From: a virus
Taxonomy: Duplodnaviria; Caudoviricetes
DNA: 64,000 bases
IMG/VR virus record: IMGVR_UViG_3300042010_000129
Location: 192,001 to 256,000 of that record
Strand: one strand, 5' to 3'
Both the position numbers and the translations under genes were made by a program. The notes under the pieces are model-generated. The model was not told the DNA's origin and searched no databases. It was given only the letters and a program-made list of their open reading frames with translations. Of the stretch, positions 51,257 to 61,239 are shown one piece after another (position 1 is the stretch's first letter; each line of letters begins with the position of its first letter).

Positions 51257-52849
51257 TTAAGCCGCGATTTGTTCCACGGCGGTACTGAGTTGGCCGGTAG
51301 CCGCAACGGTCGTGGTGAATTTAATCCGCTTCGCATAACGAGTCGGCTGAATCACGTAAACCAGTGCAACGTCACCGTTTGCAATCTGCGATTTCGGGTT
51401 GGTATTCTTGTCGCAATACACCGCCGAGTAATACAAACCGCGTTGGCCTTTGATCGGCGTCAGGATGCGTTCCACGATGCCTTTCAATTGCGCCCACAGG
51501 AATTCATCGTTCGGATCGAACAGGCCGACCAGAACGTCATATTTCGCAGTGGTTTCGATCAAGTTGATCAGACGACGAACCGGAACATCTTGCAGCGCAG
51601 ATTTTTGCGATTGCAAAGTCTGTGCGCCCCACACGCAATAACCGTAACCGGCTTGCTTGTGGATCATGTTGATTTGGTTTTGGTCGAGGATGTTCCGCTC
51701 AGGCAGCGAGTAACGGTGACGCGTGCCGCTGATTTCGGTAATCACACCACGAACAACACCAGCCGGTGCCCAAAACACATCCCGCGCTTCGTCAGACTGT
51801 GCGAACACAGCAGCGACAGCACCGGAACACGGCACGTAGACTTCTTGGTTGTCGTCGGTAACTTCCAGAATATCCGAGCAATAAAGCGCGGCGAAACTGG
51901 TGTTCGTGTTCAGAACGTTACGGCGGTAATTCACCGCACGCGTTACCGTTTGTTGATCGGATGGAATGTCGAGGATCGCGAAACAATCCCGGCGAGTTTC
52001 CGCCAGCTGAATCATTTCTTGATGGATACCCGCGTCGGCGTAACCGGCGTTGATCAGCAAACGAATTTCGAAATCATCTTCGTTTTCGAATGCGCCCCAA
52101 CCTTCGATGATATCGCCAGTGTTTGCCACACGACCGTTATCGCCGTAGGACAAATCGACTTCCACGATTGCGTTGATCAACCGTTTTGCGCCGCCCGAAT
52201 TCACGTACTCAGGATGGTTCACGTTCGGTTTGAAACGAATGCGCGATTCGAGGTTTTCCAACTGGTACGCGATGCTCAGTTGACGACGTTGGCCGTCCAC
52301 TTTTTCACGCAGAGTGCCACGGTAGGTTTCGACCGGGACGCTCATGTTGGTTTCGAAAACTTGCAAAACAAATTGCTCGTTGTCGATATCGTTCACGTCC
52401 GGATACATCAAGACGCGAAGCTGGTTGTTCCACGTGCCGGGATCGGCGCCGTAAATAAAACCGATTTCATCAGGCAGTTGATTGTGTTCGGTTGCCGGAT
52501 CGAGATAGCCTTGCGTTGCCGCTTTGGCAGTCGCAAAACCGTCTTTCGTAACAACAGAACCGGAACCATAATTGGCTTCGGTATCAACGCGATAAAACCA
52601 AAGACGCTGCGCTTTTTTCAGGAAGCGTTCAGCGGCGAAATGGCCGAAGGTAAGCGATGCATCACGCAAGCCAAATTTGGCTCGGAAATCACCCACGCTA
52701 GTAACAAGCGTCGGTACTCCAACACGTCCGCGATTGGATTCACTTACCATGGCCCCCGTGGTCGGGTAGGTAGACGATGCGGATTGCGAGTTATCCACTT
52801 CACCGCCATACACACCCGCCGACGTATTACTGCCGTTTTGTAGGGTCAT
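51257..52849 (-). CDS. contractile tail sheath protein
   Basis: 530 aa from MTLQNG; RRDCFAILD, P.SG.VA.VFA.SD, WAPAG..RG, VWGAQTL...SAL.DV.VRRL. Confidence 0.92.
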   Translation of the reverse strand: MTLQNGSNTSAGVYGGEVDNSQSASSTYPTTGAMVSESNRGRVGVPTLVTSVGDFRAKFGLRDASLTFGHFAAERFLKKAQRLWFYRVDTEANYGSGSVVTKDGFATAKAATQGYLDPATEHNQLPDEIGFIYGADPGTWNNQLRVLMYPDVNDIDNEQFVLQVFETNMSVPVETYRGTLREKVDGQRRQLSIAYQLENLESRIRFKPNVNHPEYVNSGGAKRLINAIVEVDLSYGDNGRVANTGDIIEGWGAFENEDDFEIRLLINAGYADAGIHQEMIQLAETRRDCFAILDIPSDQQTVTRAVNYRRNVLNTNTSFAALYCSDILEVTDDNQEVYVPCSGAVAAVFAQSDEARDVFWAPAGVVRGVITEISGTRHRYSLPERNILDQNQINMIHKQAGYGYCVWGAQTLQSQKSALQDVPVRRLINLIETTAKYDVLVGLFDPNDEFLWAQLKGIVERILTPIKGQRGLYYSAVYCDKNTNPKSQIANGDVALVYVIQPTRYAKRIKFTTTVAATGQLSTAVEQIAA

Positions 52850-52896
52850 GGACTTTCTCCAGTAATCTCCCAAATCGTTTCGGGATTACTATTAAA

Positions 52897-54252
52897 TTAC
52901 GCTTTAATCAAAGTGCAGCGAACGACATTTTCAGACGTAAGCTTGATGGTTCCGGCAAAAGATCCATTCAAAAAGAATTGACCATTTACCGTCATTTTAA
53001 CCGGTGCGCTTTGAACGCCCGCATCCGGATCTTGTGTATCGGGTGCCGGACATTCCGCCATTGGGGGGCGAATCAATTCCAGCGTTTTCGTTACCGGTGT
53101 AATGCCCTGCGTGTATTCGATTACAACAGGCTGGCCCGGCAATCCGATGTGGTGAAACGTCGGAAAAGCAATGCCGTATTTGCCGCTGTAATTGAATTGC
53201 AATTCATCCAACGGATAGGTAAAAACTGCACCGGTGAATTGATTGCGGAACACTACGTTTTTCTGGCCGCGTGCGCTGTTGTCCGTGATTACCACAGAGA
53301 ACGGCTGCGTGATATCGACTTGCGTTACGGATTCGATTACAGCAGGTGGCGCAGGACTCACGGTTACATCAACAGAAATTTCCTGCAATTGACCGTAAAT
53401 ATCTTTGCCGAATGTCGTGACGCGAATCACGTCGTTGTCATTCACTGCGAGCGCTGTATCGCCGTCGTCGAAAGTCAATTCGATTGGAACGAATGCGCTG
53501 TGCAGAACTTGCTTTGTCGAACCGCTGCGCACGTTGGTGATTTGCGCATAAGGCTGTTGCGGATTACGCACCTTGAAATTCAGGAAACCACCAAACACAA
53601 CAGTGGCCGGAACTTCAATCGTGGTCGGTTCGAAATCCAGCGTCACAACCTGATCTTTCGTAATCACCCGCGATTTACCGGTGGCGTCGAATTGCTCTTC
53701 GTAAGTGAATCGCAAAATGTCGTCTTTGCGGCAGAACAGCATGCCGTCGAAATCAACACCGGTTGCATCATTGTTTTGCGTCTGCAAAAAGCTTTCGTAT
53801 ACGCCCTGCGAACTACGGATCAGCGACACTTCCTCAGTTTCACCAGTCCGCATATTCTGCACGGAAATAGTGATTGGAGCCGTGGTGAAAATGTCGGGGT
53901 CGGTGACTTTGCAGGTCACGAAACGGCTGGCGTTTGCCACACCGATTTCAATCGTCGCGTCGAAAAAGATTTGCTCGGATCGTACTTCAGGTTCAGGAAT
54001 CAAACCGAAGGCCACCATTTCAATCTGGATCGGATGCGGACACTGAATAGAAAGAATGTTATGCACATCCTTAATTGTGTACGGATTATCAGGGCCGATC
54101 GTGATATCTTTTTGCTCCAATGTTGCTTCCGTTACTTTGGTTGCGACACTGAATGCGTTAATGCCTGTGCGCCGGGTATTATCCACCAGAAACTGGCGCG
54201 TTTCTGTCACGACGGTGCGTGCTGGTGGCTTGTATATTTGAATCGGTTTCAT
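52897..54252 (-). CDS. structural protein with three Ig-like beta-sandwich repeats
   Basis: 451 aa; three ~100-aa units with V.V.D/N...N..TG...L....D.I...Y. Confidence 0.6.
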   Translation of the reverse strand: MKPIQIYKPPARTVVTETRQFLVDNTRRTGINAFSVATKVTEATLEQKDITIGPDNPYTIKDVHNILSIQCPHPIQIEMVAFGLIPEPEVRSEQIFFDATIEIGVANASRFVTCKVTDPDIFTTAPITISVQNMRTGETEEVSLIRSSQGVYESFLQTQNNDATGVDFDGMLFCRKDDILRFTYEEQFDATGKSRVITKDQVVTLDFEPTTIEVPATVVFGGFLNFKVRNPQQPYAQITNVRSGSTKQVLHSAFVPIELTFDDGDTALAVNDNDVIRVTTFGKDIYGQLQEISVDVTVSPAPPAVIESVTQVDITQPFSVVITDNSARGQKNVVFRNQFTGAVFTYPLDELQFNYSGKYGIAFPTFHHIGLPGQPVVIEYTQGITPVTKTLELIRPPMAECPAPDTQDPDAGVQSAPVKMTVNGQFFLNGSFAGTIKLTSENVVRCTLIKA

Positions 54253-54971
54253 ACGTCACCCGCCGTTTGAAGAATGGAGATTTCTTCGTCAGTAACATTG
54301 CCGTCAGGATTAACCACGACAGCGTTGAAAGTGACTTCCCCGCGATTGTTGATCTTGGAGATTTGTTTCTCGACGCCCGTCCACGTATTGGAAGTACACG
54401 AAAAAGTCAGATCAAAACCTTCAGGGTCAACTTCGTTTTCTTTGTCGGCCCGTGGGATTGTGATTTCTTTTGTGTCCATCACAATATCAACAAAGCTACT
54501 GGCCTTGCCGCTGGTGATACGCACGTTGAGGGCCTTGGAATCAATGAGAATCAGGGCCTCCCCGATAAAGCGAATTGCGTCCACGTAATCGTTGGTGATG
54601 TAGTGGAATTCGTAGCGAAGTTGGATAGGGAAATAATGCAGTCTGGTGATTTGGCTATTGCTGCCATCCAGAACATCCCCGACGCCGCGACGACGAATCG
54701 TAGGCGACAACAAATGCGCTTCAGTTTTTGCGATGCTGTTCACGCTCACGTATGCATACGGAAACGACGGTTCCATTTTGGAACGCAGAAGTTGCTTTAC
54801 ATCGTTGTTGTGAACGAACGGCAAATCTTGGAGCTTAAAATATCTTTTGAACGATGCGCGAATTGCAGCAAACGACGTGAACAAGTGCGTTTGCTTGAAA
54901 CTCTGATTGCCTAGTAGGTCACGACTTTTTAATGCGTCACGCAACTTTTCACGGGCTGGCGTATCAGTCAT
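54249..54971 (-). CDS. neck/tail terminator-like protein
   Basis: 240 aa from MTDTPA; position between capsid and sheath. Confidence 0.5.
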   Translation of the reverse strand: MTDTPAREKLRDALKSRDLLGNQSFKQTHLFTSFAAIRASFKRYFKLQDLPFVHNNDVKQLLRSKMEPSFPYAYVSVNSIAKTEAHLLSPTIRRRGVGDVLDGSNSQITRLHYFPIQLRYEFHYITNDYVDAIRFIGEALILIDSKALNVRITSGKASSFVDIVMDTKEITIPRADKENEVDPEGFDLTFSCTSNTWTGVEKQISKINNRGEVTFNAVVVNPDGNVTDEEISILQTAGDV

Positions 54972-54990
54972 TTTTTCTGCCTCCAAAAAC

Positions 54991-55027
54991 AAAAAAGGCC
55001 GTCGTGATTTCTCACAGCGGCCTTTTC
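54991..55027 (-). terminator. intrinsic terminator
   Basis: AAAAGGCCG...CGGCCTTTTTT. Confidence 0.75.
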
Positions 55028-55028
55028 G

Positions 55029-55565
55029 TTACAGCGGTATCCTGATACGGCCCGGAATTAGCGGTTGCATCGCTTGGGCTGGCGCTCGAATTACCAACGA
55101 TTCATCATCGTAGGGTTCAAGGTCAACCGAAGCAAAAGCCGATAGTTGTGGATCGAGGATAATTGTTTCGCCCTCTTCCAAATACTGCTTTTGTGCGTAG
55201 ACAGCGGAGGCCATCGACATAATCTGCCGAAGCGCCACGCTATCAGTTCCATGCAACGAAGGGTTGATGGAATTTTCCGAATTTGGAGCAGTACCGAATT
55301 TAGTAACGGTTGGCGAAGTTTCTTCAACGTAATCGACAAAACTGTCGAGTCCATCGACTTGCCCTTCGTTACCACCTTCAGCAAGCGGAACCGTCGAGCA
55401 TTGATTCTGTACCGGGGCGCAGGTCAATGCAGGAAGTAGCGAACTGTTCAGGATCGAAGAAAATTCATCGCAATTGCAAATCTGTTTAAGCACTTGCACT
55501 GCCAATTCGTCTCTTCCGTTTTTGCAACACAATGCCGCAAGTGAAAAAAGAGCCTGAATGTCCAT
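55029..55565 (-). CDS. hypothetical (head-associated?) protein
   Basis: 178 aa after the MCP, GGAG SD. Confidence 0.7.
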   Translation of the reverse strand: MDIQALFSLAALCCKNGRDELAVQVLKQICNCDEFSSILNSSLLPALTCAPVQNQCSTVPLAEGGNEGQVDGLDSFVDYVEETSPTVTKFGTAPNSENSINPSLHGTDSVALRQIMSMASAVYAQKQYLEEGETIILDPQLSAFASVDLEPYDDESLVIRAPAQAMQPLIPGRIRIPL

Positions 55566-55589
55566 CTTTTAATCTCCAGAAGAATCTGA

Positions 55590-55635
55590 CGCCGATCAAA
55601 ACTTAAAGGGGCGCTCCTTTTTATTTTAATCGGCG
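55590..55635 (-). other. long intergenic hairpin 3' of the major capsid gene
   Basis: CGCCGATTAAAAT...GTTTTGATCGGCG; no U-tract. Confidence 0.6.
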
Positions 55636-55645
55636 CGGAGATTAA

Positions 55646-56755
55646 TTAACGAACCAGACGCTTACCTTTCACGACGGAACGGTTGTTGGCGAGAACGAAC
55701 GAGAACGCTTCGGACAGCATCCAGCCTTTAGCGGTCGAACCTTCGTGCGCGTAGTCAACCGGACGGGATTGGATACCGCCGCGAGTCGAGTAGGCAGCGT
55801 GGTGTTCAGGGCTGGCAACAACGTAGATTTCGCCACGTTCCAGAACCTTTTGGTTCGGTGCGCGGAAACCATCGGTCAGCAGTTGCAGACCAACCAGCGT
55901 ACCCAGCTGGCCGTTCAGAGCCAAGTCGTACTTGGTGATCGGATCGAGCATGGTTGCGAAATCGTTCGAACCGATGATATCCGACCAGTAGTCGTTGGAA
56001 ATGATCGCGGTGGTTGCTGGCAGGTTCCAGTCGGTTACAGCGGTGCGCAGACGACCGAGGTTTTTGGTGGTCAGTTCGCCAGCGATGTATTCGATTGGGT
56101 TCATCATGCCAACGGTTGCGTCAGCAGCGATTTTCCACAGACGGTCTTCTTGAACCATCATGCTTTGCAGCGCGTCGTTGTAAGCGTGTTCCAGCAGATC
56201 GCCCGAAACCTGTTCCATGTCCAGCGCGTTTACGCGAACGTTGGCGATGATTTCGAATTCGGCAGGCAGGAATTGACGAGCGCGAATGTTCTGGTAGCCG
56301 ACGCCAGCAGGGCCGGTGGCAACAACTGCCATCGAATCGTGCGGAGGCATTGGAACGCGTTGAACTTCGCCCTGACGCAGAGTGTTACCTTGCGAAAGTT
56401 TACGCAGGAAACCATCACGCTCGGATTGCTCGTAAACCTGTTGCGCGATGTTCGCGCCCAGTGCTTGCCAGTTTTCGTCGGAAGCCATTGCTTCGCGCAT
56501 GATTTCGCGACGTTGTTCGCGTTGTTCTTTGCTCGAAGCGGTGGCGATTTGTTGTTCAGGAACAACGATGCCCTTTTGCACGGCGTCCATCAGACGACCG
56601 ATTTGTTGGGCGAGGTCTTTGCTGTCGGAGGCGTTGAATTCGCCAGTGGCGGAACTCAGAGCCAGCGAACCACCTTTCGAATAGCGCAGTTCGTCGAGCG
56701 GGGAACCGTCACGCAGAACCATCCGTGCGCCTTGAATTTTGTTTGGGGTGAACAT
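55646..56755 (-). CDS. major capsid protein
   Basis: 369 aa, optimal codons, GGAG SD, position after protease/scaffold/decoration; HK97-like layout inferred. Confidence 0.8.
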   Translation of the reverse strand: MFTPNKIQGARMVLRDGSPLDELRYSKGGSLALSSATGEFNASDSKDLAQQIGRLMDAVQKGIVVPEQQIATASSKEQREQRREIMREAMASDENWQALGANIAQQVYEQSERDGFLRKLSQGNTLRQGEVQRVPMPPHDSMAVVATGPAGVGYQNIRARQFLPAEFEIIANVRVNALDMEQVSGDLLEHAYNDALQSMMVQEDRLWKIAADATVGMMNPIEYIAGELTTKNLGRLRTAVTDWNLPATTAIISNDYWSDIIGSNDFATMLDPITKYDLALNGQLGTLVGLQLLTDGFRAPNQKVLERGEIYVVASPEHHAAYSTRGGIQSRPVDYAHEGSTAKGWMLSEAFSFVLANNRSVVKGKRLVR

Positions 56756-56792
56756 ATGTTATTTCTCCAAGAATTTTTCGAACGGTTCGCGA

Positions 56793-57533
56793 TTAAGCGT
56801 TGGTGATTTTGACGACCAGCGGGCCGTAGGAAGCTGCGTCTTGTACTGGGGTTTGCAGAACCAGAACAGTGTTCACGGTTTCGCCGGGGCCGGAAGTGGT
56901 GAACTTGCCATCAACGCCCAGTTTCGGACGCAGAGCGGTAGACCAGTCGGCAGCAGCGTCGTAGAAAGTGGTAGCGACTTGTTCAGCGCGGGTCAGGACG
57001 GCAATGCGGCCCAGTTCCGAACTCGACAGGCCACCGATTGGCGCATCACCGCGAATGGTTTTGGCTTCGGAAACGGTCGGTTCGTACATCATTTGCACGA
57101 ACAATTCTTTGCCGGTATCGCCCGGAACAGCGGCAGCGCCGCCATCGACGGCAGGAGTGCCGGTGAAGAAATACAGTTTGGTGCCGACGCTTTGCACTTT
57201 GCCTTCAACAGGCGCAGCAGCGGAAATTTCCAGAGTTTCGCCGCCGACTTTAACCAGCATTTGGCCGTTCAGTGGCAGGCGACCGAGGTCAACAACGCCG
57301 CTTTCCGGAACGATGGTGTCTGCAACGATTTTCGGCAGGAACGAAGGCGGGGTATTACGGTTAACCGAAATACCGGCGAAGATTTCGCCAACAACGCCTT
57401 GCGAAGGACGTACATAAGTACGGCCATTTACTTTCGAGAAAACGAGCGCTTGGCCGTCTTCACGCAGGTCGAGGCCGGGTTCAACGTCGCGGAATTCGGT
57501 GTTGAATGCGCGAGTGTATTTATCAACGATCAT
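56793..57533 (-). CDS. capsid decoration/cement-like structural protein
   Basis: 246 aa immediately upstream of the MCP, beta-rich. Confidence 0.55.
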   Translation of the reverse strand: MIVDKYTRAFNTEFRDVEPGLDLREDGQALVFSKVNGRTYVRPSQGVVGEIFAGISVNRNTPPSFLPKIVADTIVPESGVVDLGRLPLNGQMLVKVGGETLEISAAAPVEGKVQSVGTKLYFFTGTPAVDGGAAAVPGDTGKELFVQMMYEPTVSEAKTIRGDAPIGGLSSSELGRIAVLTRAEQVATTFYDAAADWSTALRPKLGVDGKFTTSGPGETVNTVLVLQTPVQDAASYGPLVVKITNA

Positions 57534-57550
57534 TGGGAGTTTCTCCGTTA

Positions 57551-59479
57551 TCAGAACAGTTTCAAGCCGGTCAGCTTGGTTTTGAAATCAGTTTGCGGTT
57601 GCTGTGCCGAAGCGGTTGCGACCACGTTTTCTTGTTGCACTTGCGCTGGAGTTTGCACCGGGCGACCGACCGAAAGCGAAGACGCGGTAGCCACGTTTTT
57701 CGGTTCGATTTGAGTCACGGCAACTGCCATCTGGTTTTGAACGACTTGTTCGAAGTTCATGATTTCGCCAGCCTTCGCCAAAATCGACGCATGGTATTCA
57801 GGCGAATGTTCGATGAACGCACGTTGCAGAAGTTCTTCAGCACCGGACAGACCAACAGCTTCCAGACTGGAAGCGAGCGCGGTCACAATCGGGTTGTTCA
57901 GGTCACGGAAATAACCGGTGTTAATACCGTGTGCAGCCGTCGCCAGAGCGGATTCGTAGCGGGTTGCGAGTTCCGATTTATCGCGTGCGGTTGCTTCAGC
58001 CAGCACGTTACCCTGTTCGGTAACTTGCGATTTGATTTGTTCCGCAACAACCTGTTCGATTTGCAGAACCGGTTTGATTTCTTCGAAACGCAGTTGTTGC
58101 AGCGCAGCAGGCACGCCCTGTTCGCTGGCAATTGCTTTGAAAGCACGGCCAATTGCTGGATCAGCAAAAGTAGCCGGATTTTCCGAAGCAGAAGCGATTG
58201 CTTTTGCGAAAGGAATACCGTTGTGGAATGCCATCCACGTAGGTTCGCCTTGGACGTTACCTACATAATTAACATCAACAGTATTTTCCTTCATGTCCGT
58301 AGACGCGATGGAAACGAACGATGCGGTTACTTCAACCGGGGCCACAACTTCAGGCGCAGCGGCCACAACAGGTGCGGCGGCAGCGGCTGGTTGTTCACCT
58401 GTGTTTTCTGCGTTGTTTTCAGCATTTGCAACGGCGGCATTTTGCTCGGCCAATTGCTCAGCTTCGGTTTTCGCGCTTGCGGTAGCCATTTCAGGTTTTA
58501 CCTTTTTACGAACGCCGCCTTTTTTCTTGCCTTTCGAAGCAGCGAGGCCCAAAGAAAGATCGTCGTCATCGTCTTCTTCTTCCTCTTCCTCTTCCTCTTC
58601 CTCGTCGTCTGGATCTTCTTCCTCTTCCTCTTCTTCCTCGAATTCTTCGTCGTCTTCTTCCTCTTCTTCGTCTTCGTCATCCGAAGCTTTGGCGAGGAAA
58701 TCGGCGGACGCCACAGCTTTTTGCTCGGCGCTCATGTCGTCTTCCGGATCAACCAGACCCATGTTGGTCACGGGGCAGAAAATCGGAGATTGGTTGCTGG
58801 CGACGATATGCATTTCCGGGCCTTCGTCAGAAGCAGTAACCAGATAATGCACTTTCATTTTGCCGTCTTCGGTGGCAGCGGATGCCACGGCGAGTTGTGG
58901 TACATAACCTTCAACTTTTTCCGCTTCGATATTCTTGTAAATGTCGAAGTTGATTGGTTGGTTGGAAATGACCATAACGTCATCGCATTTCGCGGCAAAA
59001 GTTTCGCCTTCGCCACTTGCCAGAGCGCGGAATGCTTCAACAGCAGAAACGCGATCAGTGGCAACTGCGAGCAGCAATTCTTTTGGTTGGTTGTTCTTTT
59101 TCAAGTCAGCGTCTTCCATTTGGGGGAGGTCGGAAGCGCAAGCCGGGCATTTATCCAACAGTTCGAGACTGTCGGTGATAACGTGTGCGCCGCAACCGCT
59201 GGAGCAGGCTTGATAGAACGCGTCCATATCCTCTTCAGTGTTCGAGGCTACGGCCACCATTTCATGCTTTTCGTCTTCCGGAACGGCAACCATTTCTTCA
59301 CCGTTCAACGGGTTCAGAAGTTGCAAATCGGATTGGGCGGTAGCAATGGCGAACGCGCCATCTTTACTTTCCAAAACGCGATAAGTACCCGAAGCGACAG
59401 CGCTGAAAAGTTCCACTGCTTGCTCTTGGTTATCAGCCATAACGACGATGCCGCGCAGGCGCGAATTTCGTTTCGACAT
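57551..59479 (-). CDS. prohead scaffold/core-like protein
   Basis: 642 aa, ~40-residue D/E tract (58562-58682), helical C-terminus, 14 A-x-A-S motifs, position between protease and MCP. Confidence 0.65.
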   Translation of the reverse strand: MSKRNSRLRGIVVMADNQEQAVELFSAVASGTYRVLESKDGAFAIATAQSDLQLLNPLNGEEMVAVPEDEKHEMVAVASNTEEDMDAFYQACSSGCGAHVITDSLELLDKCPACASDLPQMEDADLKKNNQPKELLLAVATDRVSAVEAFRALASGEGETFAAKCDDVMVISNQPINFDIYKNIEAEKVEGYVPQLAVASAATEDGKMKVHYLVTASDEGPEMHIVASNQSPIFCPVTNMGLVDPEDDMSAEQKAVASADFLAKASDDEDEEEEEDDEEFEEEEEEEEDPDDEEEEEEEEEEDDDDDLSLGLAASKGKKKGGVRKKVKPEMATASAKTEAEQLAEQNAAVANAENNAENTGEQPAAAAAPVVAAAPEVVAPVEVTASFVSIASTDMKENTVDVNYVGNVQGEPTWMAFHNGIPFAKAIASASENPATFADPAIGRAFKAIASEQGVPAALQQLRFEEIKPVLQIEQVVAEQIKSQVTEQGNVLAEATARDKSELATRYESALATAAHGINTGYFRDLNNPIVTALASSLEAVGLSGAEELLQRAFIEHSPEYHASILAKAGEIMNFEQVVQNQMAVAVTQIEPKNVATASSLSVGRPVQTPAQVQQENVVATASAQQPQTDFKTKLTGLKLF

Positions 59480-59548
59480 GGTTCACTCCATTTAAGAGTT
59501 TGTGGGTTTTTATACCTCACGTTTAAAAATTACAAAGTTCAGAAAACT

Positions 59549-59911
59549 TCAGAGTAGTTTCAACAGCAGCCCACGAACCTTACGGCAAATCGCTTGCACC
59601 GAATCGTGCGCGGTAAACCCTTCGTATTTCGTGTGTTCGCCATTAATATCCGTTTCACCCTCGTAATGCCAATTCGTTTCTTCAAGGGTGAATTGAATGC
59701 TACCCGTACCCATATCAGAAACAAAATCAACGCGAGCGCTGTGATGCGGTTTGCCGTTGCCTACGTTATCGTACTTGATATCGCATTTAATCAGACCCTT
59801 TCGGATTTCCTGAATGTTGTGCAATTGGTGTTTCAAGCTGCGAAGATCGAAGGTTTTCGGCTGGTGCATATCAGACAATGGCGAGGCTGCTAACGCGATA
59901 AATACTTCCAT
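59549..59911 (-). CDS. hypothetical protein (head module)
   Basis: 120 aa, AAGGAG SD. Confidence 0.7.
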   Translation of the reverse strand: MEVFIALAASPLSDMHQPKTFDLRSLKHQLHNIQEIRKGLIKCDIKYDNVGNGKPHHSARVDFVSDMGTGSIQFTLEETNWHYEGETDINGEHTKYEGFTAHDSVQAICRKVRGLLLKLL

Positions 59912-59965
59912 TAGCAGGCTCCTTGATGCTACATGTTTAAATTACCCCGAACAGAAATTTTGGAC

Positions 59966-60004
59966 AAAAAAAAGCCCATACAGGCGGGGGAACCTGTATG
60001 GGCT
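59966..60004 (-). terminator. intrinsic terminator
   Basis: AGCCCATACAGG-loop-CCTGTATGGGCT then TTTTTT. Confidence 0.85.
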
Positions 60005-60072
60005 AAATGCTGTGACATAAAGAGATACAACAAGCCTACCCTCGTAGACTATTAATAAATTAGTGACGTTTT

Positions 60073-60333
60073 TCAGATGTGTTTCAATGCGTATTCAAAC
60101 GATTCAATTGCCGCCAATTCATGCACGGTTACTTCGCCTTTCGAACGCCGAGGGTTTCCACACATCACGCAGTTTGATTGCCCGCAATTGAATGCATTCC
60201 GTTTATTCCATTTGTTCGATGGTTTAATACGGCTATCACGTTGCGGGTAATGGTTCCAATCAGCTACACGTTTCTTAATCACGCGTGCATCGTGGAACCG
60301 CTGCAATTGCTTCTGTTCTTTGTTTGAAGACAT
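60073..60333 (-). CDS. small basic Cys-containing protein
   Basis: 86 aa; CG..NC.MCGNPRR motif. Confidence 0.65.
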   Translation of the reverse strand: MSSNKEQKQLQRFHDARVIKKRVADWNHYPQRDSRIKPSNKWNKRNAFNCGQSNCVMCGNPRRSKGEVTVHELAAIESFEYALKHI

Positions 60334-60420
60334 TCGTTTAATCTACATTCGGCCCACCCCGGAATGGAATGGGCTATCGCATGTAGATCGTTTCGTTAAA
60401 TGCCTGCATTTAACTCCTCT

Positions 60421-61239
60421 TTAAACAGCTTTCGGATCGAGAATAATATCCCCGATTGCGGAAACGTAAGACGGATCACCGAAGCCCTGTTTGTAACCGT
60501 CTTGGCCGTGGCGACCGCCGACGTTTTCCAGCAGCGACAATTCGAAACCGGTGATATTCATGCAACGACGATAAGCCAAACGACCATCAGTCAATTGATA
60601 CGTCGGTTTGCCGGGGCGCGTATGGGAACACGGACTGCCAATCCCTTTACCGGCAATATGCCCGCAAATAGAACAGACATACGCGCTGTACATCATGCCC
60701 ATGGAATACGTGTTCAATTCGCGCTTTAAAACACGCGCACAACGAACCTGATCACGCGTGCGGTCGAGTGCCGCCAGCATTACCAGTTTCTGAATGTTTT
60801 TGAACTTCGTCGGGCGCATAAACGTACCGAAAATCAGACCACGAACCCATTCAGGTTTGTGCTGGTGTTCGATATACATTGGTCGGCCTTCCCACGTTTT
60901 ATAAGCCATGCGGGCGCACGGTTCATTCCACGCGGTGAATTGTTTCAGGTCTACCGAATCCCCGTTGGTATTGGGAATGCGCGTAACCATTGCAGGCACA
61001 GTGACCAGAATGTAATCGTTAATATTACGCGAAAGATTGTGATATTCCGCAGCACGTTGCAGCCACGTATTCGCTTCCAGTGTTTCCGCTTCACCAGTGC
61101 CCGAAATAGCGGCGCTGATTGGCAATTGACCGGATTCGTTCAGGCGTGCGCCGTTGAGTTCCACCGTGGAAATCGGCGTGCCGAGATTAAACCCGACCGC
61201 CATATTCCCAAGATCATTTCCATATTGATCAACAATCAT
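60421..61239 (-). CDS. prohead (maturation) protease, HK97/assemblin-like
   Basis: 272 aa from MIVDQY (ATGA overlap); PN.NGD, G.P...EH (His), YSMG (Ser), CSICG..C.H, FELS. Confidence 0.65.
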   Translation of the reverse strand: MIVDQYGNDLGNMAVGFNLGTPISTVELNGARLNESGQLPISAAISGTGEAETLEANTWLQRAAEYHNLSRNINDYILVTVPAMVTRIPNTNGDSVDLKQFTAWNEPCARMAYKTWEGRPMYIEHQHKPEWVRGLIFGTFMRPTKFKNIQKLVMLAALDRTRDQVRCARVLKRELNTYSMGMMYSAYVCSICGHIAGKGIGSPCSHTRPGKPTYQLTDGRLAYRRCMNITGFELSLLENVGGRHGQDGYKQGFGDPSYVSAIGDIILDPKAV

